Of a stretch of 64,000 nt of DNA, positions 31,401-45,251 are shown piece after piece. Positions within the stretch are counted from its first letter, which is position 1; the number at the start of each line of letters is the position of its first letter. This DNA comes from Blasia pusilla. Lineage: Eukaryota. Below the pieces are notes generated by a model. It was not told the DNA's origin and searched no databases. It saw nothing but the letters and a program-made list of their open reading frames with translations. The DNA is taken from assembly GCA_050084515.1 (NCBI GenBank), contig CM114271.1:11966001-12030000 (forward strand), read 5' to 3'. A program made the translations under genes and the position numbers.

Positions 31401-33720
31401 TGTGGACCATTAAATCCAAATGCATCAAGTATGGATAAGGAAACCAAAAAGTGCACCAAAAGCTATCCTAAGGCTTTTGCGACCAACACTACAGAGACGG
31501 AAGATGGCTATCCAATCTATCGTAGGTAAGGATCTTTAATTTTGTCTTAAGACATATGATGCCGTTGTAGTATTGGAAAGCATATTTATGATTTGTTATT
31601 GTGCTTTTATAGATTGGAGAATGGGAGGGCGATAATTAAGAGCCAACATTCACTGGATAATCGTTGGGTTATGCCCTACAATCCTATTTTATGCACCCTC
31701 TTCGATTGTCACATTAATCTTGAAATCACAAGTAGTGTTTCTGCCGTCAAGTACTTATACAAATATGTCTATAAGGGATCTGATGCGGTGTCATTTAAGT
31801 TGTCAAAGGACACGGATACATCCAATGCAATTGACGTTATTGACGAGACAACATCATATCTTGATGCGAGGTATGATTCCGCTACTTCATTGATGTGATG
31901 CATTCCATTGTATTTCTTATCCATCATGTTCATTCTCCTAATTTTAATAATGGAAATTCTTATTTTTCCATATATGTATATCTTCTTCTGAAGCATGTTG
32001 GCGTCTCTTCAAGTTTTCTCTCCATGTTGAACTTCCAAGTATTGTGAGATTAGCAGTTCATCTTCCGGAGCAACAAATAGTCTACTTCAATGATGTTGAC
32101 GCTCCTCAAAATATTTTGCAAATAAATAGAGAGACAACACTAACCCAATGGTTTGCTACCAATCTATCTGATTGTACTGCTCGACAATATCTATATATTG
32201 ATTTCCCTTCATATTATCGTTGGAGTAACAAGAGATGGATTTATAGGATGAAATAATTTAATGATTGTGGCCATCCCATTGGCCGCTTATACCTTACTCA
32301 TCCAGGTAAAAACTTAAAAAAAATTTATATAGATTTACTCTTTTTTATAAACCAGCCTTACCCATTTTCTTTTATATATAGATAGATGAGCTCATTTTTC
32401 TCACTTTGTCATAGGTGAAGGAGAGCGACATTGGTTGAGATTACTCCTCCATCATGTTCGAGGAGCAACTACATATGAATGCTTAAGAACGGTTCATGGG
32501 ATATTATGTCCAACATTCAAGGAGGCTGCTATCCAATTAGGACTTCTTGAGGATGATAGGGAGGTGTTTGCTTGCTTTGAAGAAGCTTCCATAATCCGTA
32601 CATGGTCTTCACTACGCCGTCTCTTTGCAATTATTTTAGCTTATAACACACCTGCTCAACCAGCAATATGATGGAGTCAATTCTTGGTTCCGTTGGTCGA
32701 AGATCTCTTATATGAACGACATCAAGTAAGAATCCAATACTATAACTCCTACAAAAAAAAATATTCCTAATAGTCGTAACATTTTCCATCTCACTTACAT
32801 TGACAGTCCAAGATACTAACCATAATTTTGACCTTTTTTTGAACTCTTCCATTACAGAAAACAGGAATTCATAACCTTGTTGTTGATGATGCTATCATTA
32901 ATACCGCATTATTGGAAGTCCATTATTATTTACAAGATCAAGGAAAGAGACTATTTGACTTCCCATACATGCCCCAAGCTAATTTCGAAAGCCTTCATTC
33001 ACACTCATATTTGGAGGAACAAGAGCTATCATATGACACGGAAGAATTATTTGAGCAAGTGCAATTGGAAGAAGCCTGCCTAAACGAAGGACAATGCATG
33101 ATAGTGGACGGTATACACGATGAGCTTGATCAAATATGTGCGAATGCTCCACCATCTCCAAAAGTTTTTTTTCATCGATGGTCCAGGTGGAACTGGAAAA
33201 ACATTTTTATATAATCTTCTTCTTGCAAGTATAAGGAGTGTTAGAGGTATAGCTTTGGTTGTAGCATCATCTCGCAAAGCTGCCCTATTGTTAAACGGAG
33301 GACGTATTGCTCATTCATGCTTCAAGATCCCCATTAATCTTCATGAAAGCTCTATTTGCAAGTAAGTACCATAAGTTGTCTTAATTAGCTTCAATTTTGT
33401 TAATTACTCAAATTATTTCAGCTTCTAATTTTCTTCCCTTTTTGCTGGTAGTTTATCGGTCGATAGTGATGGAGCGCGCTTAGTCCATGAGGCGATGCTC
33501 ATAAGATGGGACGAGGCACCTATGGCTCATCGTCATGCCTTTGAGGCCGTGAATCAAACTTTAAAGGATATCATGGGAGTTGTTTCGGATGATTTACGAC
33601 AATTACCATTTGGTGGAAAACTTATGGTATTTGGAGGTGATTTTCGTCAAGTGTTGCATGTTTTTCGTCATGGGGATCGACCGCAAATCATCCAAGCCAC
33701 CAAAAAGAGATCATCTCTTT

Positions 33721-36700
33721 TGTCGCGACCCTCATAACCAAACAACACCAAATAGGCGCCAAGCGAAACATCAGAACTCAAAGGAACTCACGCTGCGAGG
33801 TTTGCGCTTTGGAGAGGCGTTTGGATAAGTCCCTTGGAAACGTCTAAGGGACGAAACGCGGAACAGAGTTGTGCGTTTCATGCGTTAGTGTTCGCGACCA
33901 GGAAACCTAGACCAAATGCGAGCCAAGACTTGAGATTAGTTGAGTCTTGGGAGGTTGGTTGCCAAAGAGGTGAGAACCAGCTTGGAACACGACTAGCGTT
34001 TGGGAGAATCTGACTGTGTTTAGGACCATAGCGTTGAGCTCCAAGATGCGTTTGGGACAAGTAAGGGTGCGTTGGAAAGCTGATCTTGAGACGCTTTGGA
34101 CGCACAAAGATCTCAGCAAACGCATAAGTACAGGCTGAGATATTGGCCAAAAATGATTGAAAGAGCAATCGGATTGAGGGCCAATTGGAGAGGCCCGGGT
34201 GTCCTTCCCTAAATGTAGGGGGCCCTCGGAGATCCCTAGAAGTACTAGTAAGGGAGGGCCCTCTCCAAGATGTCTCGGGAAACGAATCCCCACTTTGGGC
34301 GCCAAACGCCGTTTCAAAGGCACGGGATGGAACGGGAGTTTGGCGTTGGAACTCGAAACCCAAACCTGATCCAAGGGAGTGGACTTTGTACGCCACACTT
34401 GGATTCCAACCCGAGATTCACTTCGTGCGAGTCTTGGTGAGGAACTCATTGGATGTCCATTAGACAGTTGGAACCGCTAGGCGTGAAATGCCGTTTCAGG
34501 TTCCTGAACCGACCAGAAAGTCTATCCCAAGTCTTCCGAGATTTGCCCGTGTTGGAAACCGCAAAACTAGGAAGGTTGAGCTTGATGAGAGTCCGAGACG
34601 AGAACTCGGAAAGTAATCCCATTGATTGATCCAAGACCCGACTAACCGAAGTGCATGTTTGGATGCAGATCAGCATTGAGAGCGTGACCTACTGAACGCA
34701 CGCTTCCGCAACAAACAAGATTAACGTTCAAGGAGAGTAGGCGCACGACACGTGATATCAGAGCTTATCCTTGATGAGCGTGAACTTGGGGTCGTTGAAG
34801 ATCTGGACGTTTGGGGAGAAATCAAGGTAGCCGAAAGACCGCGACGTTGAGGAGGAATGCAAGAGGCGAGGAGGAGATCTGAGAAAGCAAAGACTCGCAA
34901 ATGGCGACCAAAAGCGAAGAACCAAGGAAACCGCGAGTCAAAGCAAAAAACCCGAGAGACGAATCAATGACGAACCGAGAGCCAGAGGTGGAATTTGCGA
35001 CTCTCGAAGTGCCGAGTCCCAGACATGAGGATGTTCCAACTGAAAATCTTTTCGCGGGACCTTTGGGTCCGAACTTAAACGATCCGGCCTTTTATATCCT
35101 AATGATGGGATTGATGGAGGTGATGGCGTACCAGATGGCCGAACAGAGCAAGGTGATATCGGAATTCAAGTCAAATGGAGCCTCTAGTTCTGGCAAGAAG
35201 CTTTGTAAGACTAATTTGCCAACGCCATTCACAGGAATGGGGCGTTCTCGGAAAGTGAGCGAGTTTCTAACGGAACTCGAAATTTATTTCGAAGCGCAAA
35301 AGGCAGACGAACAAGACAAAGTGACTGTAGCGGTCACGTTTCTGAAGGATCCCGCTCTCCATTGGTGGACGGCTCACGGTAAAGAACATCTAGGTTGTGG
35401 GAAAACGTTGAGTTGGGAATATTTCAAGGAGTTGATTGGGAACCGATTCACTCCAGAATATCAGGAGTATTGCGATGGCATGGAGGTGGTGAGGTTGCTC
35501 CAGAGTGGATCCCTTGGCGCTTATGTGCAAGAGTTTAGTGCACTCATGAGTGTACTTTCCACGGATGAACATACAAAAAAGGTGATCTTCCTAAGTGGAC
35601 TCAAATCGAGTACCAAAAAGGCCCTCTTTTCTATGCCTCACATCCCAGAGACGTGCGCGGATCTTTTGAGACTAGCAGAGCGGATTGGGGACGATGAAGT
35701 CCAACACCCGAAACCCTTTGAGCCAAAAAGTTTTTCTAAGTTACTGAAAAACAAAGGGACATCCAAGAGGGTTTGGAATGGGGGTGAGCGCGACCACGTA
35801 GGGTCTCTTGCCCCAGCAGCAAAACGAGTGGAACTCAATGCGAAGCCAAAAGGGCCGCCGTTTACGAAGTCAACGAATGCCAAAGTGATTTGCTACAACT
35901 GTGGCAAACCCGGACATATGGCTAAGGAATGTGTTAGGCCCAAGGTTAGTAAACCAAGTATGATTGCGTTTTCCGCTAAGCATTTATCGGAGGGAGATCT
36001 AGATACATCTTTACAAGTCACCAAGAGAACGCCCAATTTGGTTTACCTAGGATCCATGATCGCTAATCGTGATGTGATGTTGCTCCTTGATACAGGTGCT
36101 TCACACTCATTCTTGAGTTCGAGAATCGTGAAAATGTTGGGATTACCAACCACCAAGGCGGATGAACCCATTAGGGTAGGATTCGCGGGAGGCAAGTCCC
36201 ACCAGACTTCAGATCTGGTTTTAGGGCTAGTTGTGAGATGCGGAGTATTTGAGTTGAAGGAGAATTTCACAGTTTGCGACATGGACGATATCAACGGAGT
36301 CTCGGGGAACACATTCTTGGATGCGTATGAGGTGGAACTGAGGCGAAGACCTTTGAGGTTGAGCATCTTGGTTAACGGCAAACGAACGGATGTCAGATTG
36401 GTTCGCGAGGTGCCTAGGAAGACGGAGTTGGTGAACGCCATCACGAGGACGAGTTTGGCCGAGTTAGAGGAAGGATTCCTTTGCTTGATGAGACAAGTAG
36501 AGGATGATGCAAGCGTGAGATCCAGAGATCAGAACTCAGCTTCAAGGGGAATCCCTAAAACACTCAAAAGAGTTGTGAAAGAATTTGGAGATGTGTTGAC
36601 TAAGGAGCTTCCGACTGAGTTGCCACCACATAGGGCGGTTGATCATAAGATTGAGGTGATACCAGGATCTCAACCACCTTCAAAAGCACCATATAGTTTG

Positions 36701-39700
36701 AATCAAGAGGAACTTGCTGAGTTGAAGAAACAGTTGGATGAACTCCTAGAGAGGGGTTACATCCGAACAAGCAAGTCACCTTATGGGGCACCCGTCCTCT
36801 TTGTAAAGAAGAAGGATGGGAAGTTGAGACTCTGTGTTGATTATCGGGCGCTGAATAAAGTGACGGTAAGGAACAACTATCCTCTACCAAGGATGGATGA
36901 CCTCTTTGATCGATTTTCGGGTGCCAAGTATTTCAGCCGAATTGACCTGAAATCAGGATATTATCAGATTCGGATTGCCGAAGCGGATGTAGAGGAGATT
37001 GCGTGTAGAACGAGATACGGTTCGTTCGAGTTTGTGGTGATGCCTTTTGGTCTTTGTAATGCGCCTCCAACGTTTACCACTTTGATGAACTCCATCTTTC
37101 ATAAGGAGACGGATGAGTTTGTGATCATCTATATAGATGACATACTCATCTATTCGAAAACACTAGAGGAGCACGCTCGACATTTGAAGACAGTGTTTGA
37201 GAAACTTAGGGCGAACAAGTTGTATGCGAATGCGGATAAGAGTGAGTTCGGTTTGACAAAGATCAAGTTCTTGGGGCATGTGGTTAGTGCGGATGGAGTG
37301 AGTCTAGACATGGAGAAGGTAAGCGCGATTGTCGAATGGAACCGCCTTCCACGGTGAAGGGGATGAGAAGGTTCATTGGAGCAGTCCAGTTTTACCGGAC
37401 ATACGTGAAGAACTTTTCAGGAATAGTGAAACCTCTCACGGATTGGACCGCAAAGTTTTCCAATACTACATGGACCGAGGAAGTGGATAAAGCGTTCAAT
37501 CGAGTCAAAGAGATCCTCTCGAGGAACGATTCAAAGCGCCGGAGTTTGACCAACCGTTCGAAGTGCACACGGATGCTAGTGATTTTGCGAATGTTGGTGC
37601 AAAAAGGGAGACCTGTAGCATACGAGAGCAAGAAGCTTAGCGACACCAAAAGGAGATGGCCTACTCATGAGAAAGAGTTGTTTGCGGTGGTTCACTGCTT
37701 GAGGAAGTGGCGTCACTATCTGGGACTTCACAGGACTCGAGTATTCACCGATAACATATCGCTCAAGTATTTTGAGACCCAGGATCGCGTACCGCCAAAG
37801 CAACTTCGGTGGCATGATACCTTGGCGTTGATGAATGTGGAGCTAATCCACAAGCCGGGGAAAGACAATGTCATTCCAGATGCGTTAAGTCGCAGGGATG
37901 AGCACATGCCATCGACGACACAAGTGTTGAGAGCAATGTTCCCTAATGAAACAAACCTGGAAAGAAGGATTCGTGAAGGATACGCAAGCGAGGGAGTACC
38001 TTGGGAAGTTAAAGCGGGGCGAGAAGGTGGCCAATCTGAGTTTGAGACACGGCTTGCTGAGGTTTAAGCAGAGCAGGATCTATGTAGGCCAAGGCAAGCT
38101 ACAGACCAAGGTGTTTGTGGAATGTCATGATGGACCTTTGGCGGGACACAAAGGGGAGAAATCCACTCTTGCTGTTTTGACCAAAAGGTTCTTCTGGCCC
38201 AACATGAAGGAAGATGTTGCTCAATATGTGAAAACATGCGTGACCTGTCAAGCGAACCGCGTTTCTTATGCGAAGAAACAATGCTTACTTCATCCTTTTC
38301 CAATCCCGAAGGGACCCTTGCAAAGCATTAGCATGGATTTCATTACGAGTCTTCCGGAATCTGAGGGATACAACGCTATACTTGTGATAGTTGATCGGTT
38401 TAGCAAGTTGGGGAGGTTTGTGCCGACGAGAGAGTCTGCAACGGCCTACACGACTTCCCGACTATTCCTGGATGGTTGGTGGCGAGCGCACGGATTGCCT
38501 AGGAGCATTGTGTCCGATCGAGATCCAAATTTTACCAATGCCTTTTGGAAACATCTATTCATGAGGTTCCGGATCAAACTCAGCTTTAGTATGGCCTTCC
38601 ATCCTCAAACGGATGGGCAAACAAAAAATTAAACTCGGTCGTAAACCAATACTTACGGAATTACGTGAGTGCAGACCAAAGAGATTGGGCCAAGTGGTTA
38701 AGTATGGCTGAGTATTGTTACAACTCGACTAAGCATTCTGCAACCGGAGAATCTCCGTTTCTTCTGGCGTATCAAAGAGAACCAAAAGGGCCTCTTGACT
38801 TAGCTCTTTTGAAGGGCGCTACATCGACACACACTCGTCAAGCAACGGCGGAATGTTTGTTAGTGGAAATGCAGGAACGACAAGAGCGAGCGAGGAAAAG
38901 TCTCGCCAAGGCTCAACTAAGGTACGTGAAGCATGCTAACAAAAGTCGGCGCCAAGTGAGTTTCCAAGTTGGGAAACAAGTGTGGTTGAGTGTAAAGAAT
39001 CTCACTCTTCCGAAGGAATTGTCCGCGAAATTTTCAGCCAAGTATGTTGGACCGTATGTGATCAAGGCAAAGCGGTTTGAGGATGTGTACACATTGGAGC
39101 TGCCAAACGAGTTCAAGATTCACCCGACTTTCCAGGTGTCATTATTGAAGAAGTGTCTTCAAGACAATGTGCGTCCGGAGCGAAGGAGGATGTTGAGACC
39201 ACAACCGGTCATCAGAAATGAGAAACCAGAGTTCGAGGTTGAGACCATTGTGCGTTCCAGACGTAGAGCCACCAAGTACGAGTACTTGGTCAAGTGGAAA
39301 GGCAACCATGTGAAAGAGGCGACTTGGATTGCGGAGGCGGATCTTGAACACGAGCAAGAAGCATTGCGTGACTTCAGATGGATGCAAGAAAGGCACGTGC
39401 GTTAGTACATTGTGAAGCAATGGACATAACTTGTGACCGGAAAGCTTGGGCCGATAACCCGTTGTAACTAGAAATGTTTTGTTGTTGCAATAAAGAAGAC
39501 ATGGATTTGGAGATTCGATGCTTGTATTGTAATTTTGAGTTTGGTTTGTGCAAGGCAATGAGTAGTTCTTCATATGCTTAGGGTGTAAGTTAAGGAGACC
39601 AAACAATGAGTATTTGAGGTGAGAGCTTGTATTCATATAAGGCATCTAGATCAGGACCAAATGTTGAAGTACTAGCATTTGGGCTTGCCCTAACGTCGGC

Positions 39701-41128
39701 GGGGCAGATGAGTCTGTCTTGGGGTTTGTGATGATCTCATTCATGTTGCATGACTGAACTTAGTGATGCGCCTAGGTGGAGTACAAGTGACCCAAAAGTA
39801 GTACGAGTTGGCTAGGTAGACAGGCGGTTGTTTACAAATAGTGAGTGAAGTGTTAGGTTGCAAACTTAGTGAGCTTATTTTGATAGTTAGATTAGTTCAA
39901 CAGAACTAGTCTAGGCTCATCAAAAAGAAGAAGCTAATAAGTCTAAGTGCTGCAAGTGACAACCTAAGACTTAAGCCAAAAGAGGAATTGCGGGTTAGCT
40001 ACCAGAACGCGATTCAGTGTTAAGGGGTCGGCTTCCCAGAACTTAACATTAATAAGGTTTGCGTTGATGAGGACATCAACCTTCTAAGGAGGGGTGAGTG
40101 TCGCGACCCTCGTAACCAAACAACACCAAATAGGCGCCAAGCGAAACATCAAAACTCAAAGGAACTCACGCTGCGAGGTTTGCGCTTTGGAGAGGCGTTT
40201 GGATAAGTCCCTTGGAAACGTCTAAGGGACGAAACGCGGAACAGAGTTGTGCGTTTCATGCGTTATTGTTCGCGACCAGGAAACCTAGACCAAATGCAAG
40301 CCAAGACTTGAGATTAGTTGAGTCTTGGGAGGTTGGTTGCCAAAGAGGTGAGAACCAGTTTGGAACACGACTAGCGTTTGGGAGAATCTGACTGTGTTTA
40401 GGACCATAGCGTTGAGCTCCAAGATGCGTTTGGGACAAGTAAGGGTGCGTTGGAAAGCTGATCTTGAGACGCTTTGGACGCACAAAGATCTCAACAAATG
40501 CATAAGTACACGCTGAGATATTGGCCAAAAACGATTGAAAGAGCAATCGGATTGAGGGCCAATTGGAGAGGCCCGGGTGTCCTTCCCTAAATGTAGGGGG
40601 CCCTCGGAGATCCCTAGAAGTACTAGTAAGGGAGGGCCCTCTCCAAGATGTCTCGGGAAACGAATCCCCACTTTGGGCGCCAAACGGCGTTTCAAAGGCA
40701 TGGGATGGAACGGGAGTTTGGCGTTGGAACTCGAAACCCACACCTGATCCAAGGGAGTGGACTTTGTACGCCACACTTGGATTCCAACCCAAGATTCACT
40801 TCGTGCGAGTCTTGGTGAGGAACTCATTGGATGTCCATCGGACAGTTGGAACCGCTAGGCGCGAAACGCCGTTTCAGGTTCTTGAACCGACCAGAAAGTC
40901 TGTCCCAAGTCTTTCGAGATTTTCCCGTATTGGAAACCGTGAAACTAGGAAGGTTGAGCTTGATGAGAGTCCGAGATGAGAACTCGGAAAGTAATCCCGC
41001 TGATTGATCCAAGACCCGACTAACCGAAGTGCGTGTTTGGATGCAGATCAGCGTTGAGAGCGTGACCTACTGAACGCACGCTTCCGCAACAAACAAGATT
41101 AACGTTCAAGGAGAGTAGGCGCACGACA
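33721..41128 (+). mobile_element. Complete Ty3/Gypsy chromovirus LTR retrotransposon
   Basis: LTRs 33721-34750 and 40099-41128 (1030 bp each, TG...CA). TSD TCTTT on both sides. PBS tgatatcagagc (tRNA-iMet-like) at 34753. PPT aaggaggggtgag at 40086-40098. Confidence 0.96.
34901..39405 (+). pseudogene. Gypsy gag-pol (Gag, Zn knuckle, PR, RT, RNase H, IN, chromodomain) with frameshifts
   Basis: [30 protein letters not shown] and DDE integrase; chromodomain EFEVETIV...YLVKWKG...ATW. Frame breaks near 37340, 37520, 37985 and 38630. Confidence 0.95.
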
Positions 41129-42209
41129 TCTTTGGTCTAATGTAAGGGTCATGAAGTTGAAAACAAACATGAGAGTTCAAATGTTGGATGGTCATTTGCG
41201 TGATGAACAACAAGCTTTTGCTGATTGGCTATTGGAAGTGGGAGAGGGTCATGTACTTTTACACCCTCATTTGGGAGAAGACTTTATACGATTACCATCT
41301 GAAATTGTTACTAAAAGTAACAAAATATGTGATCTTATTGATTTGAGCTATGGAAATTTTCTTAGCCGATTCCATGACATTTATTTCTTAGGAGATACAA
41401 TTATTTTGACTCTGAGAAATAAAGATCTTTACGATGTAAATGCAGACGTTATATCTCGGTTCCCCGGAGAGGTAATCCTTTAGACTTATCTCATTTGTAC
41501 TTCTATCAATATACTTTTCCGGAAGTTTGGATACTAATATTTCCATTTCTCACTAATTCATTACATATTGGGTACAAGAGCATATTTACCTTAGCGTCGA
41601 CTCTATTCCAAATGAGGGAATGAGTCATATCTACCCAACTGAATTCTTGAACACACGCTTGCCTTCTGGACTTCCTCTGCATCGTTTGTGTTTGAAGATT
41701 GGTGCACCAATCATGCTCTTACGAAACATGAATGGGTCACATGGACAAGCAAACGGGACAAGATTGGTGATTCGTGGATTTATGAGACATTGCATCGATG
41801 TTGAAATTATCACTGTGAAAAATATTGGATATCGCATTTTTATTCCACGTATTCCATTGATTGCATCAGATTCTAGTTTGCCATTTGATTTGCGTAGGTT
41901 TCAATTTCCTGTTAGACCGGCTTTTGCTATGACTATTAATAAGTTGCAAGGCCAAACTTTGCAAAAGGCTGGCATTTACTTGCCTACTCTTGTATTTTCT
42001 CATGGTCAATTGTATGTAGCATTATCTAGAGTAGGAAAGAGAAGTTCCATCCACATTACCATTGGAAGAGATGAACATTCAAATAAAAAAGATGACTACA
42101 CACGAAATGTAGTATATAAACAAATATTGAGATGAAATAAATTTGATAAAATGTATCTTCACTCTATACTACCTTATTTCACCCGTGCATCGCACGCGCA
42201 CCTTACTAG

Positions 42210-42454
42210 TAAATTCCTAAAACTCTCCTCTATGCAAATATTGTAGCCTTGCCCGTACTATAAAACCCGCTGGAATATGTTCAATCTGTACTATTAAAAG
42301 AGTCCACGGTTTCAGCAAGACGCATGACGCGTATGCATTTTAGGCCCTTCCCATATTGGCACGTGGCGGGTTTAAAAGGAACTAACAGTTAAGTTAAGTG
42401 GGACGGGGCCGGGGCCTACCGGTTTCATCCGTGCATCGCGCAGGCACCAGCTAG
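42210..42454 (+). mobile_element. Additional Helitron 3' terminus
   Basis: ccgtgcatcgcgcaggcaccagCTAG ending at 42454, followed immediately by TCTATA. Confidence 0.6.
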
Positions 42455-42982
42455 TCTATATAATTATTGCACTTCTCCATGAGAGGGGAATTGGAGAGGA
42501 GAATTAATTATTATATTTGTGTGAAGGACATGTGAATATATTATATAGTAAAAAAAAAACAACTAATGTATGTAGAAGTCGTATCAATAGTGGATTGAAA
42601 TAATATTTAATAATTTGAAATCTTAATTATTATTTAGAGAGGTCATTTAAATTCATGCATCACATAGGTGTACACTAATATTTTCTTATGTTTTAGTGTC
42701 AGGTGTTGATCTAACATTTGTTTTCCCAAAATTACATAGATGAGTAACACGCTAGAAGTTTTACAAAGTTTTTGACTTAACCGTATTAGGACCTTTGGAT
42801 TTGGAAGCTCCTCCTTGCCATTCTCAAGTAGTTAGAGTAAACCATAGTTGTATACTAGGTCTTGTTGTAAATAAAACACAGTTTCAAGGGTCCAAGTTTA
42901 GCTGATACAAAGGTTTAGGTTCCCATGCACATGAGACGCAATCACAAAGGTAGTTCCAAGTACAAGAGCAGGCACAAAGCAA

Positions 42983-43183
42983 TCTCTATTGTTATTGGAG
43001 AGTGCCCCTTCATTTTTCAACTCTTCTCCTTTTGACAACTAGCACTTTTAGCCAAGAGAACTGCTCTCCTTTTGAGCTTATAAAATCATTCAAAATTGAT
43101 TCAAATGGCACTTGATAATTTTGAGAGTTAATTATCAGTTTGGGAGATAATTTAAATGTGTGCATCACACGGGCATACACTAG
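42983..43183 (+). mobile_element. Non-autonomous mini-Helitron
   Basis: 5' tctctattgttattggagagtgccc; 3' tgtgtgcatcacacgggcatacaCTAG. Confidence 0.6.
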
Positions 43184-43429
43184 TCTATACTATTATTGGA
43201 GACATCCATCTCGCGTTTCAAACACTCTTTGCTTCGACACTTGTGACTTTAAACCAATACAAGTTTGCCACCTGTCCCCACATGTTTACTTGAGAGTTTG
43301 TACATGTAATGATGATTATAATTCAAATTTTCAATTTCATATGAAGCTTTCAATTTTTCACAATTGCCATCACACAAGCATTACATCCAATTTTTCCAAT
43401 GTTCATGCATCATATGGGCATCTTACTAG
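43184..43429 (+). mobile_element. Non-autonomous mini-Helitron, head-to-tail with the previous one
   Basis: 5' TCTATACTATTATTGGAGA directly after CTAG; 3' catgcatcatatgggcatcttaCTAG|T. Confidence 0.65.
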
Positions 43430-44813
43430 TATGCCCTCACTCACTAAGTAAGGGCATGTTAGATAGAGATAGAGCATGCGCTTCTATTAAGCCATAGCAC
43501 ACACATGATGGAGTCGGTTTGGTTCACGTCAAGAGAGAGAAAGGGGTTTTTAGAGGGACGTCATTGTCTACAAAGCATTGAAAATTGAGCGGAGTTGCAA
43601 GAGTTTTGAAAGTTGACTACATGGATTCCAAAGGGGTTGAGCTAAAAGAGAACTGTATGGTGGGAAAATAAGATCTTGAGTAGATCATGAGCAAGCAAGC
43701 TTGAGCTAAGACATTGATTGTATACCATGTGGGTTACATTAATGAGGTTAGATTATGATAGTGATTTGCGAAAAACCCCTCAAAACATAAAGACTATCTC
43801 TTTTCCTTTCCTACCTCTTCTTAGACATAATATGTTTTGGCTATAGTAGGGCAGAAATCCCCTTCAAGTTCAAACTTGGACATGCAAAGAGGCCTAGCGG
43901 CTATGCATCTATAACCAAAATTTGGGGTTGTTGAAATCATATCTCTACTTCTAAAACTTTAAAAGAAGACCCAAATAGGATCTTCCTCTAAACCATATAT
44001 TAGGGGGTAGTCTCATGAATACTTGGAAGATTAAATCTAAAATGGATTGCATAAATAGCTAGATTACAACTTCAATTGAGAAGTGGGTGCCTTATACACA
44101 AGAACATGCAAATACATAGGAAAATGTGGTTGAAACCAAGATGTAGGACTATGGAGATTGGTTCTTGGAGCATCCTCCACACCAATGCACTTCTCCTCCT
44201 TAGTTGATGAAGGCACCAAAAAAGGTTTATGTCTATAGGAGCAAATCTCAATACAAATTTCCTTAAAGGGTAGGAGGAGATGTGAACAAAAAAATAGAAA
44301 ATAGATCTAGGATTCTAAAGTTTTCTTGTAAGGGAGGGGGCAACAAAAGAGACCATTGCATGCTAAGGCGAGATGGAAGGGGCATCACAATAGGAGCATG
44401 CCAACTAATCAACCAACATATATACACCGTAAGAAAGCCAACACACCAAGGTCAAGTCAAATCATTAAGATCACAATTAACTTAACCATAATTAACAATA
44501 ACATATAAGAAATGACTAATAAACCAATTGAAGTGAGAGACTTTTAACCATGGTAAACTTCCAACCATAGTTTGTACAAACATTCTGAGAAGGCTAAAAC
44601 TTTGATTTTCTGAGAAAAAGAGAATTTTAGTAGTATCAAGAGAGAAGAAGGGGCGTTTAGAGACGTTGTTACTCACAAACTCTAGAAGTCCTTCCATACA
44701 ACTCGTCAGAATCCGACATATTGCAAGAAATGAAAACCAAAGAGAAAGTTAGAAGAGAGGAGAGTCTCTCTTCCATCGCAACCTATTGGAATATCACATG
44801 TTGCAAATGAATA

Positions 44814-45251
44814 TGTCACATCTCTTATGATAGATCAACGAGTTTTGGTAGAGCACCTTCAAGGAGATTGGAGAAAAGCCTCAAAATATCAAGGATAACC
44901 TCTTGAGGCCTCAGGCAAATTCAGAGAGCAGGTTTCCCCTTCATTTTTGATCATTTGGCATTATATAGAGAAACTTGCTATTTCATGTAACTTTCTATCA
45001 CAAGTATAATTGGCTTTCCACTTTGGAAAGTAGCCTTTGATCCCCTACATTAGGTCAAGAGCCAAGGAGGTCATCTACGACCATAGTTAGCATAGAGGGA
45101 AGAGGATATACCCAAAGAGAGGGAGCTCCGAAGCTCATTCTCTCTTTGTTGAACCTCTTGGCATAAGGCGGGGGAGCTTTGGTCCTTTTTGTCTTATGCA
45201 TAACCCAATCATCTCATTAGGAGAGGGGGTTTGGTTTGACATGAGAGAGAG
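44814..45251 (+). repeat. Truncated copy of the LTR-like family (A part)
   Basis: tgtcacatctcttatgatagatc...gtcaagagccaaggagg...ttctctctttgttgaacctcttggcat...ggtttgaca. Confidence 0.6.

Larger units (their letters stand above)
28459..42135 (+). pseudogene. Helitron RepHel (HUH Rep + PIF1 helicase), multi-exon, with stops, interrupted by Gypsy
   Basis: Rep motifs FLTMTCNPKW, VVEFQKRGLSHVH, KYLYKYVYKG. PIF1 motifs GPGGTGKT, WDEAPM, GGDFRQ, FAMTINKLQGQT, HGQLYVALSRV. The start position is uncertain. Confidence 0.9.
24918..42209 (+). mobile_element. Autonomous-type Helitron (degenerate), ~9.9 kb plus nested Gypsy
   Basis: 5' end A|TCTATACTATT at 24918. 3' hairpin cgtgcatcgcacg followed by CTAG|T at 42206-42210. 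Encloses the RepHel coding region. Confidence 0.75.

Noticed and set aside
33878-34449. 170-180 aa antisense ORFs, duplicated at 40256-40827
   Set aside because: They lie wholly in the LTRs; the duplication reflects LTR identity and there are no domain features.
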